Source: Klebsiella phage vB_KM5a1-KLB31. Taken from it: DNA of 64,000 nt. The notes beneath the pieces are model-generated. The model was not told the DNA's origin, made no database searches, and was given only the letters and a program-made list of their open reading frames with translations. A program made the translations under genes and the position numbers. Positions 10,018 to 19,190 of this stretch are shown here, piece after piece (within the stretch, counting starts at the first letter, position 1; every line of letters starts with the position of its first letter). The stretch is from sequence record PP582757.1, one strand, 5' to 3'.

Positions 10018-10276
10018 GTTCGGCCACGGTTAATGCTTCATTCCACATTTCGCCTTTTAAAGGTTCGCTCCAAGCATATTTGTTTTCAGAGCCACCTAAA
10101 GGACGTGGGAATATTCTGCAGTTCTCAAGAGCTCCGGTACTGTGAAAATGTTGAAGCTCTATGATGCCGATATAAGAATGGACCACGGTCACTCTGGCGT
10201 GCCAGAAATCAAGTCGTTCCATTTTGAGTACGACGAATCGTACTCCTTTAGGACATCCAGCAATGTTTAGACTCAT
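9995..10276 (-). CDS. Hypothetical protein, paralog of the previous ORF
   Basis: 93 aa; ends ...VAELEEYLDA and shares the W-x-E...L...E...EEYL tail. Confidence 0.45.
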   Translation of the reverse strand: MSLNIAGCPKGVRFVVLKMERLDFWHARVTVVHSYIGIIELQHFHSTGALENCRIFPRPLGGSENKYAWSEPLKGEMWNEALTVAELEEYLDA

Positions 10277-10605
10277 GATGCAGCCTTAACAATCTTGAGG
10301 TCACGGAAACCTTTCTTACGCTGGTTCTTCATCTTACGAATGGTCTTATCAGAAATCTGATTCTTGTCTGGGTCATAGGTGCCCACACCAAATGCAGGAG
10401 TACTGAACTCTGACAGAATATAACCGACAACCAATTCACGAATACGGGCCTTACCGATCTTCTGATCGTTTTCTTTCATGGTACCGTGCAGGTCTTGTTC
10501 CCACTTGTCGAGGATTTCCGGAGTAACATAGCCACCAGATTTCATGATGCTAACAACTTTGTCATAAGCGAAAGAATTCAGAACGTTTTTAATAGCTTGA
10601 GACAT
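10273..10605 (-). CDS. Hypothetical basic protein
   Basis: 110 aa; a good RBS context (GGAGGACA) lies upstream at ~10640. Confidence 0.5.
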   Translation of the reverse strand: MSQAIKNVLNSFAYDKVVSIMKSGGYVTPEILDKWEQDLHGTMKENDQKIGKARIRELVVGYILSEFSTPAFGVGTYDPDKNQISDKTIRKMKNQRKKGFRDLKIVKAAS

Positions 10606-10671
10606 AGCAATTTCCTCAGTAAATTAATATTTTGTTATCCAAGGAGGACATTATACCCTGTCCTCACGGGT

Positions 10672-10932
10672 TTAGAACACTTGAAGATGTTGATTAATCA
10701 ACCAGCCCATGTGGTCTGCTTCGCTTTCAGTCATTTTAACACCGATTTCTTTAAAGCGTCTTTGAAGATCATATGTGGTACCACGACGAATCAGAGCTAC
10801 TTTAGGTCCATAAGCAAGCTCGACAATAATGCCGGTTTGGTGTGCTGTAGGCCAAATGGTAACAAAGACTACTTTTTGGTCGTCTACAATCAGGCGAATG
10901 ATATTCTTGACTTCAGATATTTTTATAGCCAT
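10672..10932 (-). CDS. Hypothetical protein
   Basis: 86 aa. Confidence 0.4.
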   Translation of the reverse strand: MAIKISEVKNIIRLIVDDQKVVFVTIWPTAHQTGIIVELAYGPKVALIRRGTTYDLQRRFKEIGVKMTESEADHMGWLINQHLQVF

Positions 10933-11246
10933 TAGATGAGCCCCAGTACAAGTACAGAAACATTATCTGCTTCATAATCGTAGATATCAGAGATTAAAGC
11001 ATGAACAGCATTATTTACAAGAGAAGTCTTTTGTTTAGCCATCAGACAATTCACTTCGGTCATCATTCCGCGAGCACGAAAGATAATTTCAGAACCACGA
11101 ACTTCAATGGTCATGTTAGTCGGGTAAGAACTAGTTGATACACGTACTTCGGCAATAATGTGACGTTGAACTTCGAGAGTAATCATGTGAACCTCCATTT
11201 GTTTGTGTAGGAACATACTATCACGAACAAATGGAGTTGTAAACAC
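10932..11246 (-). CDS. Hypothetical protein
   Basis: 104 aa. Confidence 0.4.
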   Translation of the reverse strand: MFTTPFVRDSMFLHKQMEVHMITLEVQRHIIAEVRVSTSSYPTNMTIEVRGSEIIFRARGMMTEVNCLMAKQKTSLVNNAVHALISDIYDYEADNVSVLVLGLI

Positions 11247-11588
11247 CTAATCTTCTATGATGTCAGGGTCAAAGCCCTTGTCGAGGAGGAACTGCTTGAG
11301 GAAGCGGATGTTATGGATGAGTTTGTCATCGATAAAGATAACAGGATAGCGTATAGAGAGGCTAGGGAAACCTGCACGCTTGGCTAATGAAACTATAAGA
11401 GGTCTGTCATAAGTGAACCCTACGCCGTCAGGAGATGGCGAGAGCACTTCTTTGAATTCATACGGAAGCGACAGGTTTTCCAGAAGTTTACGAACAAAAA
11501 TACAGCCAGCACAATGGCTGACTGTATCAGGAATTCCGTAGACTTCAATCTTTAATGATTGGTTTTCCACGTGTGATACCACCTTCAT
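11247..11588 (-). CDS. nrdH: Glutaredoxin-like protein (NrdH-like redoxin, CxxC = CAGC)
   Basis: KIEVYGIPDTVSHCAGCIFVRKLLEN...YEF...RYPVIFIDDKLIHN is a thioredoxin-fold glutaredoxin signature. The likely start is the internal Met (MKVVSH...), because the 134 aa track ORF overlaps the neighbouring ORF in another frame. The position corresponds to T4 nrdH. Confidence 0.6.
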   Translation of the reverse strand: MKVVSHVENQSLKIEVYGIPDTVSHCAGCIFVRKLLENLSLPYEFKEVLSPSPDGVGFTYDRPLIVSLAKRAGFPSLSIRYPVIFIDDKLIHNIRFLKQFLLDKGFDPDIIED

Positions 11589-11853
11589 AGGACCATGAAC
11601 CAAGTTCTTGATATTCGCCGTCTTCAGATTCTCTCCAGAGACTGATTTCAATCAGGAAACCTGTATCAGCAAATTGGAAATAGACGGATGGTTGTACACC
11701 AAATGTAGAACTCATTTCATTGATTCGAGCCAAAGTTTCTTCTTCGCCGACAAAGAAATCAGGGTTCAGCGTACAGCCACCAAACTGGTAGCCGTCGCCA
11801 AGGTCGTCCCATTCTTTCCAGTCAACAACTACAAATTCTTCGAAACGTTTCAT
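11545..11853 (-). CDS. Hypothetical acidic protein
   Basis: 102 aa. Confidence 0.4.
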   Translation of the reverse strand: MKRFEEFVVVDWKEWDDLGDGYQFGGCTLNPDFFVGEEETLARINEMSSTFGVQPSVYFQFADTGFLIEISLWRESEDGEYQELGSWSYEGGITRGKPIIKD

Positions 11854-12125
11854 TTTGAAGCCTTTTTAAGTTCTTCAGCTTTAGCTTCAACTTTGGCAAT
11901 AGCCTTGTCAATTGAAGCTTTAAAATCGAATTTCTGACCATCGACTTTAGGGTCAATATAATGAATCAGTGCGGCAAAGATAACAACCGGAATCATGGCA
12001 GTCAGAGCATAAGCCATCAGGATAACGAACAGAACTACAACCAGATATTTACGAAACTGAATCATTTTATTCCTTACATATTTGCGATAATAGACAGAAC
12101 AGGAGAAACTACACCCATATACCAT
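11850..12125 (-). CDS. Small membrane protein (one TM helix)
   Basis: 91 aa; the hydrophobic stretch LVVVLFVILMAYALTAMIPVVIFAALI is followed by a charged tail. Confidence 0.45.
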   Translation of the reverse strand: MVYGCSFSCSVYYRKYVRNKMIQFRKYLVVVLFVILMAYALTAMIPVVIFAALIHYIDPKVDGQKFDFKASIDKAIAKVEAKAEELKKASK

Positions 12126-12186
12126 TGAGACCAGAATTCAGGGCCAAATTTTTCGGTAAAGGTATTAAACTCTACAATTAAATCGG

Positions 12187-12660
12187 TCATTTTAACGATT
12201 TCCTCAGTTGTTTTTTAAACGATGCTACCATCTTAGGTTTAGTATCGCTTTCGATATAAGTGAAGCCATGTTGTTTGAACATCGCTATCATATCATCTTT
12301 ATTACCACGAGCGAACTCTTTTGCTTTATCAGTCACAAAACTCGGGTGGATATTATTTTCACTATAATCATCTTTCAGATAGGTCAGCAAACTCTCAAGC
12401 CATTCGAGGTAGTCGATGTTTTGACCTTTTAAACCAGAGCGGTTGAACTTATGCTTCATTTGGCCTTCTGCGGCATTGCACAGATTACATAGCAACCCAC
12501 GAACCTTACCAGCTTTTGGCCCGCTTAATTCATGGTCGTGGTCAAGGTGATTCGCTTGAACATCGGTAGAAAGCTCTCGCTTACAGAGCAGACATTTACC
12601 ATGCTGTGCATCATAAAATTTTTGTTTTTGTTCTTTGTATAGTTTACCAGTCAATAACAT
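12187..12660 (-). CDS. 49: Endonuclease VII (Holliday junction resolvase) gp49
   Basis: MLLTGKLYKEQKQKFYDAQHGKCLLCKRELSTDVQANHLDHDHELSGPKAGKVRGLLCNLCNAAEG... is about 80% identical to T4 gp49 (157 aa) and has the zinc-binding Cys cluster. Confidence 0.95.
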   Translation of the reverse strand: MLLTGKLYKEQKQKFYDAQHGKCLLCKRELSTDVQANHLDHDHELSGPKAGKVRGLLCNLCNAAEGQMKHKFNRSGLKGQNIDYLEWLESLLTYLKDDYSENNIHPSFVTDKAKEFARGNKDDMIAMFKQHGFTYIESDTKPKMVASFKKQLRKSLK

Positions 12661-12693
12661 ACGTTCACCTCAATATAAGATGAACGTATTTAA

Positions 12694-13122
12694 TCAGAAT
12701 GCTCGATCAGAGAATTCAAGACGTTTTTCGAGTTGACGAATATAGTCTGCAGCGCACTGCATCAAGTTGGCTTCATATCCGTTTACACGGGTTTTAGCTT
12801 CTTCCAGACGAACAGTAATTTCCATACCGTCGAATTGATTCATCGGAGCTTCAGGGAAGAAATCAGAAGCAAGCTCTTCAATTTCTTTAAGTTGGTCCAT
12901 TGTATCAGCACAATAGAAGCACCAGAACCAAGAGTCGCGACTGTTTACATGAAGATAAGGGCCGTTCTTGATTTTAACAGAAGTGATGCCATCTTCATAG
13001 TCACGATCACGTTCGGCAACAGTAACAACCTTGAACACAACACCTTTCTTTAATTCAGGGAACTGCATCAACAGTTCTTCGTCATCAGCGATGATTTCAA
13101 AAACTTTATCGACTAATTTCAT
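12694..13122 (-). CDS. Hypothetical protein (49.x / pin region)
   Basis: 142 aa. Confidence 0.45.
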   Translation of the reverse strand: MKLVDKVFEIIADDEELLMQFPELKKGVVFKVVTVAERDRDYEDGITSVKIKNGPYLHVNSRDSWFWCFYCADTMDQLKEIEELASDFFPEAPMNQFDGMEITVRLEEAKTRVNGYEANLMQCAADYIRQLEKRLEFSDRAF

Positions 13123-13331
13123 TATCTTCTTCTCACAGGTTTATCGTGAATGGCACAGTGGATAGCACCCACTAACATAATAGCAGAGATACTTATAGCG
13201 ATTGCAAGTTCCATGTTTTATCCTCCAGGTCAAGTAATTCATTCACTGTAGGTTCATCATAACATGGAACTTCCTCTGTGTAAACAGGTTCTTCAGGCTC
13301 GACGGTTTCCCATCGAGCTGCGTACCATGGC

Positions 13332-13649
13332 TTAATGCTCACGCCAATAGCTTGAGACTTCGAAATCAGGCGCATCATCATATTCCCAGAACCAGTCGCC
13401 TACCGGAATGTATTCAGTGCAACCTGTTTCTTTATTCTGGACTGGCTCGTAGTCAGTGTTCTCGAGACCAACAAATTGCCATTGAACTTCGAATGCAACA
13501 CCACCAATCACTACGGTGTTCTCACCCCAGGCATTTTCTACAGCCCATTCAATACCTTGCTCTTTTGCAAGAGCGACCATGTAGTCATAAAGACGCCATT
13601 CCAGGTCGTCTTCGACACCATCGCCTAAATTGATAATTTGGTCTTTCAT
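13332..13649 (-). CDS. Hypothetical acidic protein
   Basis: 105 aa. Confidence 0.45.
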   Translation of the reverse strand: MKDQIINLGDGVEDDLEWRLYDYMVALAKEQGIEWAVENAWGENTVVIGGVAFEVQWQFVGLENTDYEPVQNKETGCTEYIPVGDWFWEYDDAPDFEVSSYWREH

Positions 13650-13818
13650 TATTTCTTCTCAAAGTTAACAAAAGCAGATGCCAATAAAGCGAACGGCCAG
13701 ATAACGAACGCAAATATATGATCGTCTACTTTTCGTTCATCATTATAAGCACAAAGGAGTTTAGCGGCTCCGATACCAAAAATTGTATAAACGATTGCCG
13801 CAATAATCCAAATCAAAG

Positions 13819-14088
13819 TCATTTCAGTTGTCCTGCTACAGCACGGAAATCATCGAAGCCACCAAGGTGGTTATCATTCCAGAAAATCTGAGGCATTGTG
13901 ATACCGACTTTACTTTCGCGACCAAGACGTTTCAGAAGGTCAGCGATAACAGCATCATCGAATACTTCTTTCTGGGGCATCACATTCACAAATTGGAATG
14001 GAATACCTTTCATAGTCGCCAGTCGTTTAGCATTATCACAATAAGCACATTTATGAATTGTGCTGTCGTAACCAAAAATCGTTAACAT
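13819..14088 (-). CDS. nrdC: Thioredoxin NrdC
   Basis: MLTIFGYDSTIHKCAYCDNAKRLATMKGIPFQFVNVMPQKEVFDD...GITMPQIFW...GGFDDF matches T4 NrdC (87 aa), including its CxxC site. Confidence 0.93.
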   Translation of the reverse strand: MLTIFGYDSTIHKCAYCDNAKRLATMKGIPFQFVNVMPQKEVFDDAVIADLLKRLGRESKVGITMPQIFWNDNHLGGFDDFRAVAGQLK

Positions 14089-14359
14089 CTTCGTCTATTT
14101 CCTTAAAAATTTGTTCGAGTACATCATTGAAATCAGGATGGCTATGAAGCGGACCTTGCCAGTTGTCATAGCTAATACCAAGACGTTTACGCGCTTCCTG
14201 ATAAATCGTAGAAGAAGCGAAGTTCTTGGCTTTTGTCATAGCTGATTTTATCACTGAATCGTTTGGAGCAGAGTTATTCTCTTTGTGATACATCATGAAT
14301 AAACGCAGAGCACAACGCTCTGCTTCTTCTACATATTGCTTACGTTTTGGTTTAGTCAC
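14051..14359 (-). CDS. Hypothetical protein (nrdC.x)
   Basis: 102 aa. Confidence 0.45.
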   Translation of the reverse strand: MTKPKRKQYVEEAERCALRLFMMYHKENNSAPNDSVIKSAMTKAKNFASSTIYQEARKRLGISYDNWQGPLHSHPDFNDVLEQIFKEIDEDVNDFWLRQHNS

Positions 14360-14735
14360 GTTTAATCACCTGCTTATATGCTTCATGGGCCGCAATAGCA
14401 ATACGTTCGTTCATAGGCAAAGTTGTTTCTGGTTGGGTAGACAACTTATGGAATGCAGCAGTTTTAAACCAAATAGAAGTAAATTCTACTGTACCTTGTA
14501 AAGAGCATGAAAGAGCTTCATGAGAATATTCTTCGCCTGCTTCTTCGGCATGTTGAAGGCAAATTCGAGACGTAAGTTCATTAAGCTCTTTGAACAGAGC
14601 TTTCATTTCAGGAGAACTAAACCGATCTTTATATTCAAATGGATTCATCTTACACCCCAGGGAAAATGGTTTTAACACGTTCGGCAATAGCACGATCCAG
14701 AACTTCAGTGAACTTCTTATTAAGTCGATCAACAA
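14352..14735 (-). CDS. Hypothetical protein (nrdC.x)
   Basis: 127 aa. Confidence 0.45.
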   Translation of the reverse strand: MLIDLIRSSLKFWIVLLPNVLKPFSLGCKMNPFEYKDRFSSPEMKALFKELNELTSRICLQHAEEAGEEYSHEALSCSLQGTVEFTSIWFKTAAFHKLSTQPETTLPMNERIAIAAHEAYKQVIKRD

Positions 14736-15150
14736 TGAGCTGTTCTATACGAGATTCAGACATTTTCAGGGCGTTTTCAATACGATCTTCAAGGTCTTTG
14801 ACAGCCTTTTCAACCTGGTCGTTTACTGCACCCATAACCTGAGAATAAGCAATACGGTTTGCTTCTTCTTTCATGATACGTTCGAGTTCGAAAGTACCTT
14901 CAACCTTATTCCAGCCTTTAGAGACAAAGAACTTATTCAGCTGCTCTTTAACCATTGGAGATACGTCAGGCAGGCGGGCGCCTACGAGACTGATTTCTTT
15001 CTGAATAGTTTCTTGCACTTTGTTCTTACTATTCTTCAGGACGAGTTCCTGGACAATATTATTGATAACTGCTTGCTGGAGCTTAACACGAGAAGCTTCA
15101 TCACCAAACAGTTTCATTACAGCATTTGTATCAAGTTTTAAATCGATCAT
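14650..15150 (-). CDS. Hypothetical coiled-coil protein (nrdC.x)
   Basis: 166 aa. Confidence 0.45.
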   Translation of the reverse strand: MIDLKLDTNAVMKLFGDEASRVKLQQAVINNIVQELVLKNSKNKVQETIQKEISLVGARLPDVSPMVKEQLNKFFVSKGWNKVEGTFELERIMKEEANRIAYSQVMGAVNDQVEKAVKDLEDRIENALKMSESRIEQLIVDRLNKKFTEVLDRAIAERVKTIFPGV

Positions 15151-15434
15151 TTTATGGTTCTCACAAATTTTTGTTTACATGTACGGCACTTGAATTGAAG
15201 TGTCGGCGTGGCCCATTGGGTAAGTTGTACCTGAATACTATCACAGAAAGGACATGGCTCGGCATGCTTTCGAGCCCATTCACGACGATCTGCCATTTGC
15301 ATTACAGTGTCCCAATTAATATCAGGGACTTCTTCGTCACAACCTTCGAAAGGGACAGGACCTTTTTCAAGGTCCACTTCGTGCCAGCCTTCAGGTAAAG
15401 ATAAATCTAAATCTTCGGCTAATTGATTTTTCAT
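15147..15434 (-). CDS. Small zinc-ribbon protein
   Basis: 95 aa carrying CPFCD...CRTCKQKF, i.e. two CxxC pairs. Confidence 0.45.
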   Translation of the reverse strand: MKNQLAEDLDLSLPEGWHEVDLEKGPVPFEGCDEEVPDINWDTVMQMADRREWARKHAEPCPFCDSIQVQLTQWATPTLQFKCRTCKQKFVRTIK

Positions 15435-16444
15435 TTGCGCAGTTCCTGCATTGCGTGAAGCAATTTACCACGCTGAGCACGCATTTTATCTGCTTTAGAA
15501 GTAAGTTCATCAATCTGACGATCGTACCCATCAAGAATAAGGGTGATTTCGTTTACAGACTTTTCCATCTCTTTGAAGAAATGCTCTTCAATAGGAGTAT
15601 GTTCAGGCTGAGCAATTTTAAAGTAGGCCAATTCACCGCTATTAGACCAATTACCTTTAAGAACAAAATCTTTCTGTTCTGCTGACAAAGGTTCGGTTTT
15701 AATTGGGTCTGGTTTAACTTGAGCCTGGCGAACCGTAATAGTGAACGTGTTACCAACAAACGTATAATGCAACAGGTCTTCATTTACCGCGTCAAGGAAT
15801 GCACGTAACTGAGCAAATGCCTGGTCCGGAGCATGACCCATCACTTGGACTGTGAACTTATTATCATAACCGGCAACCATCTTAGCATCAATATAAGGCA
15901 GAATACCACCACAAGTTTTGAACACTAATTCGCGACTACGTCCTACACACAGACGCGAGCCAAGAGTCAGAATCATTCGCCAGTTATAATTAAACTCTGA
16001 ACAGAAGCTTTGAGTATATGCTTTCATTGTCGGAGAACATGCCGAAGTGAAATGACCACGAGCATTCTTACGAGTAAACTTCATGCCTTCTTTACGAACA
16101 CCGAACTGAGAGATACGTTTCAGAGCACGGTCTACGGCAAAGTACTTTGAGTCGCGCAGAGCTTTATAGAAATCATAGACACACAGATAAGTGTGCGCTG
16201 CATCCAGACGAGGCAGACGATTCATAATAGCCTGAACACCGCCAATATGGTCGAATGCGTCTTTATTCAGAGAGAAACGAATCTGCTCCACAAATGGTTT
16301 TACATCACTTGGGTGATTCTTTACAACCATCTTTGAATCGGTAAAATCATCTTTATGATGGTCTGATGGAGAACGAAAACGATTAGCCGTTTCACGGCAC
16401 GCTTCGCGTACTACGATTCTGTTATTCAACTTTTGGATTGTCAT
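15431..16444 (-). CDS. Conserved hypothetical protein (337 aa, nrdC.10/.11-like position)
   Basis: A long ORF with overlapping stop/start to its neighbours; no motif recognised. Confidence 0.5.
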   Translation of the reverse strand: MTIQKLNNRIVVREACRETANRFRSPSDHHKDDFTDSKMVVKNHPSDVKPFVEQIRFSLNKDAFDHIGGVQAIMNRLPRLDAAHTYLCVYDFYKALRDSKYFAVDRALKRISQFGVRKEGMKFTRKNARGHFTSACSPTMKAYTQSFCSEFNYNWRMILTLGSRLCVGRSRELVFKTCGGILPYIDAKMVAGYDNKFTVQVMGHAPDQAFAQLRAFLDAVNEDLLHYTFVGNTFTITVRQAQVKPDPIKTEPLSAEQKDFVLKGNWSNSGELAYFKIAQPEHTPIEEHFFKEMEKSVNEITLILDGYDRQIDELTSKADKMRAQRGKLLHAMQELRK

Positions 16445-16537
16445 AATTTTTTCCTCTATCTCTCTTGGCTGATAAATAATCCCGTTTTGAAAGGACCATG
16501 ATTCATTATACCATAGCCCTTCCTAAAGCATTAAAGG

Positions 16538-16747
16538 TTAATCGAAAATCATCTCACAAATCCAAATGAATGGGCTGATGAGAACTTTAAGAATATAAAA
16601 TACCCAGAACACAGGCCACATCACAACAACCATTGCTGCAGTATTTCCGTCAAAATCGTCTAAGAACCAATCACCAACCCATCGGAAATAGAAGGCTGAA
16701 GCAAAGCCTATAACAATATAGGCTATTGCGAATAAAATAACTTCCAT
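16538..16747 (-). CDS. Small membrane protein
   Basis: 69 aa with two hydrophobic segments. Confidence 0.4.
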   Translation of the reverse strand: MEVILFAIAYIVIGFASAFYFRWVGDWFLDDFDGNTAAMVVVMWPVFWVFYILKVLISPFIWICEMIFD

Positions 16748-17517
16748 TAAATCACCACTGATGAAGGACGTTTAAAGAATGAATGAGTAATATCATTCAC
16801 TGCTTGACTGAACGTCGCTGTGAACTCGATATCGCCACGGAAATCATTTGGTACTGCCTTGGGCAGAGAACCATAAACCGTAGCACCATTTTCCAGTCGA
16901 ACGGTCATCTTAGCAACAGGTCCCCAGATATCCATCCATTCTTTGACTGAAACTACTTTACCTTTTACTGTCTGTTTGCCCACAGGAGCTTCGCCTTTGG
17001 ACTTATTCAGCTCAGCATAATAATTACTATACCAAGCTTCACTGTACGCCTGAATCGCTTCCAGGATGGTCTTATGAGCACGTACTTTACACATACCTGC
17101 TTTAATTCCACCTTCCAGGTCCCAGATTTTATAAGGAGTCTGGATTTCCATGTTAGAGATTGCTTTAATCTCTTTGTACATATCATACGTCAAACGCAGT
17201 TTCCACCAGCCATGATCGCCTGTGTATTCTGGTTTGTCAAAGCTATCCAACTCAGTGACATATGGAAGGTAACTACCAGCGTGATACGCTTCCACTTCAC
17301 CTAATTCATTTTCCCACAAGTAACCATCAAATGGCGCATGTGGACGGTCATCAACACCCCAGGTAGGAGCTACAACTTTATCGAATGATTCACGTCCGTA
17401 ACGGGACTTGCTCCATCCTGAGTTCAACTCCTCGGCGCGTTTTTCAACTTTCGCTCGGTGCTCACGGTGGGCTTTACGATTTTCTTCAAAAAGGTCGTTG
17501 ATGATTTTAGTTAACAT
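16747..17517 (-). CDS. Hypothetical protein
   Basis: 256 aa. Confidence 0.5.
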   Translation of the reverse strand: MLTKIINDLFEENRKAHREHRAKVEKRAEELNSGWSKSRYGRESFDKVVAPTWGVDDRPHAPFDGYLWENELGEVEAYHAGSYLPYVTELDSFDKPEYTGDHGWWKLRLTYDMYKEIKAISNMEIQTPYKIWDLEGGIKAGMCKVRAHKTILEAIQAYSEAWYSNYYAELNKSKGEAPVGKQTVKGKVVSVKEWMDIWGPVAKMTVRLENGATVYGSLPKAVPNDFRGDIEFTATFSQAVNDITHSFFKRPSSVVI

Positions 17518-17573
17518 TTTGTATCTCCATGTTGGTGTAGGAGCACTATAACACGCCTCTACACCATTGTAAA

Positions 17574-17762
17574 CTACTTCGTGTTAATGATGTAGGTTAA
17601 CCAGAAAGGCCAGAACAGGATAATCAAAATGTTCTTTGGCAAACGTTGCATTGCCGTCTTACCTTTAACATATCCTGAAGTAATAACGGCCGACAGAAGA
17701 CCGGTTACTACCCAGGCCATAGGAGCCCATACACAAAGTAAAGCCGTCGCTATAGGTGTCAT
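17574..17762 (-). CDS. Small membrane protein
   Basis: 62 aa; hydrophobic. Confidence 0.35.
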   Translation of the reverse strand: MTPIATALLCVWAPMAWVVTGLLSAVITSGYVKGKTAMQRLPKNILIILFWPFWLTYIINTK

Positions 17763-17930
17763 GTTAACCCTTATTCACACAGTACAATAGCCAAGCAGGC
17801 CAGAAGATAACGCATACCAGAGATTTGAACAAATTAGCCTGTTTTAGCTTAATCTCTGTGATTACTAGACATGCCATCCCAGTAAGCATCCAAACAGACC
17901 ATATGGCTAAAGCAATTAGTAATTCAATCA

Positions 17931-18278
17931 TTAGTAATAAGTCCTTTCGTCGTATTCGCCGCCGAACCAGGCGCTCTGAGGAGCTTTAGGCTGTTGTGAC
18001 TTTTTAAATTCGGCACGAGCAATATGAGTAGCCATGCTGAAAATGCTTGCGGCTTGAATTTGTTCACGGTCCATTGTGATAAGACCTTTGGCCTTTGCAT
18101 GCAGAATCACACGCTTACGAGTACCAATCATGCCAGCCGGGAACATACGCATCTGATGATATTGGACGTTCATATACTGACTAAACTTTGCAACGGAACG
18201 GCACATTGCACGTTTGAACTCTTCACCTGCTTTGTGAAGGTCCCATTCTAAACGAGTTACAGGAGTCATATTAATCAC
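17931..18278 (-). CDS. Hypothetical protein
   Basis: 115 aa. Confidence 0.45.
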   Translation of the reverse strand: MINMTPVTRLEWDLHKAGEEFKRAMCRSVAKFSQYMNVQYHQMRMFPAGMIGTRKRVILHAKAKGLITMDREQIQAASIFSMATHIARAEFKKSQQPKAPQSAWFGGEYDERTYY

Positions 18279-18462
18279 CCATTAATGCTTCAACATCAGA
18301 ACGGTAGATATTTGCTTCAGCAACTTCTTCGCCATCAAAAGAGGCTTTGATAGAAAGTGTACCAAACAAACCATCATAATCAACAGAAAGCTCAAGCTCT
18401 TCACGAAGAACACGTTTAACTTCGAGCTGAATAAGCTCTTTAATCTGTTCTACAGTAATCAT
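18271..18462 (-). CDS. Hypothetical protein
   Basis: 63 aa. Confidence 0.35.
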   Translation of the reverse strand: MITVEQIKELIQLEVKRVLREELELSVDYDGLFGTLSIKASFDGEEVAEANIYRSDVEALMGD

Positions 18463-19013
18463 TGATCGTCACCATTGTACATTTCTTCTTCATCGTAAAC
18501 TTCAGGCTTACGTTCCATGATATAGTCATACGGGTCATCAATGTCCATACGTTGCCAGAATGTGCCAAGTTGGATATTCTTAGGAGCATTGCTTTTAGAA
18601 CCGGTGCAACGACCGATGTCACGACGTGAATAACGATGGTGTCCGTTTTCATCCATAATGGTTTCATACGTCGTACGGCCCATGTTTTCAAGGTCTTTAT
18701 ATTTGACCATCTTGACCGTTTTGCCTTCCAGAGTTTCGTATGTCGCACCCGGAAGAAGCAGAGTTGGGTTACCGTCCAGTGAATGGACCATCACAATAAC
18801 ATCTTCGATGTTTTCGGCCGGATAAGCGATACCTACATTAACACCATGCTGATAAACCGCTTGGTATTGGTTTTCAGCAGAAATAACGGTCTTACGGAAT
18901 TTATTGTCCCAAACACCATCAGTGAAGCGTTTGTATTTCAGTTCATAGCGAATCAGTTTCATAATATTTTCCTCAGATTTTGTGAACAGTGTTATCACGT
19001 TTGTAGATGTCAA
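18459..19013 (-). CDS. Hypothetical protein
   Basis: 184 aa. Confidence 0.5.
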   Translation of the reverse strand: MTSTNVITLFTKSEENIMKLIRYELKYKRFTDGVWDNKFRKTVISAENQYQAVYQHGVNVGIAYPAENIEDVIVMVHSLDGNPTLLLPGATYETLEGKTVKMVKYKDLENMGRTTYETIMDENGHHRYSRRDIGRCTGSKSNAPKNIQLGTFWQRMDIDDPYDYIMERKPEVYDEEEMYNGDDQ

Positions 19014-19190
19014 TCAACATCTGGCTTGGCTCTTCATAAGTCCAGGTGTCATAGGCTTTTACCGCAGAAATTGCAATCATAGCTATTGCAAGAATCTTAA
19101 CCAGTTCATCAAACACGCTTTTTAAAAATTTCATTTTGTTTCTCCGTTTTGGTAGGAAGACTATATCATGCCTTCCTACCGTTGTAAACC

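Noticed and set aside
11589-11651. N-terminal extension of the glutaredoxin-like ORF (track start 11651)
   Set aside because: It overlaps the preceding ORF (11545-11853) in another frame by more than 100 nt. An internal Met at 11588 gives a T4 NrdH-sized product with the CxxC near the N-terminus, as expected.
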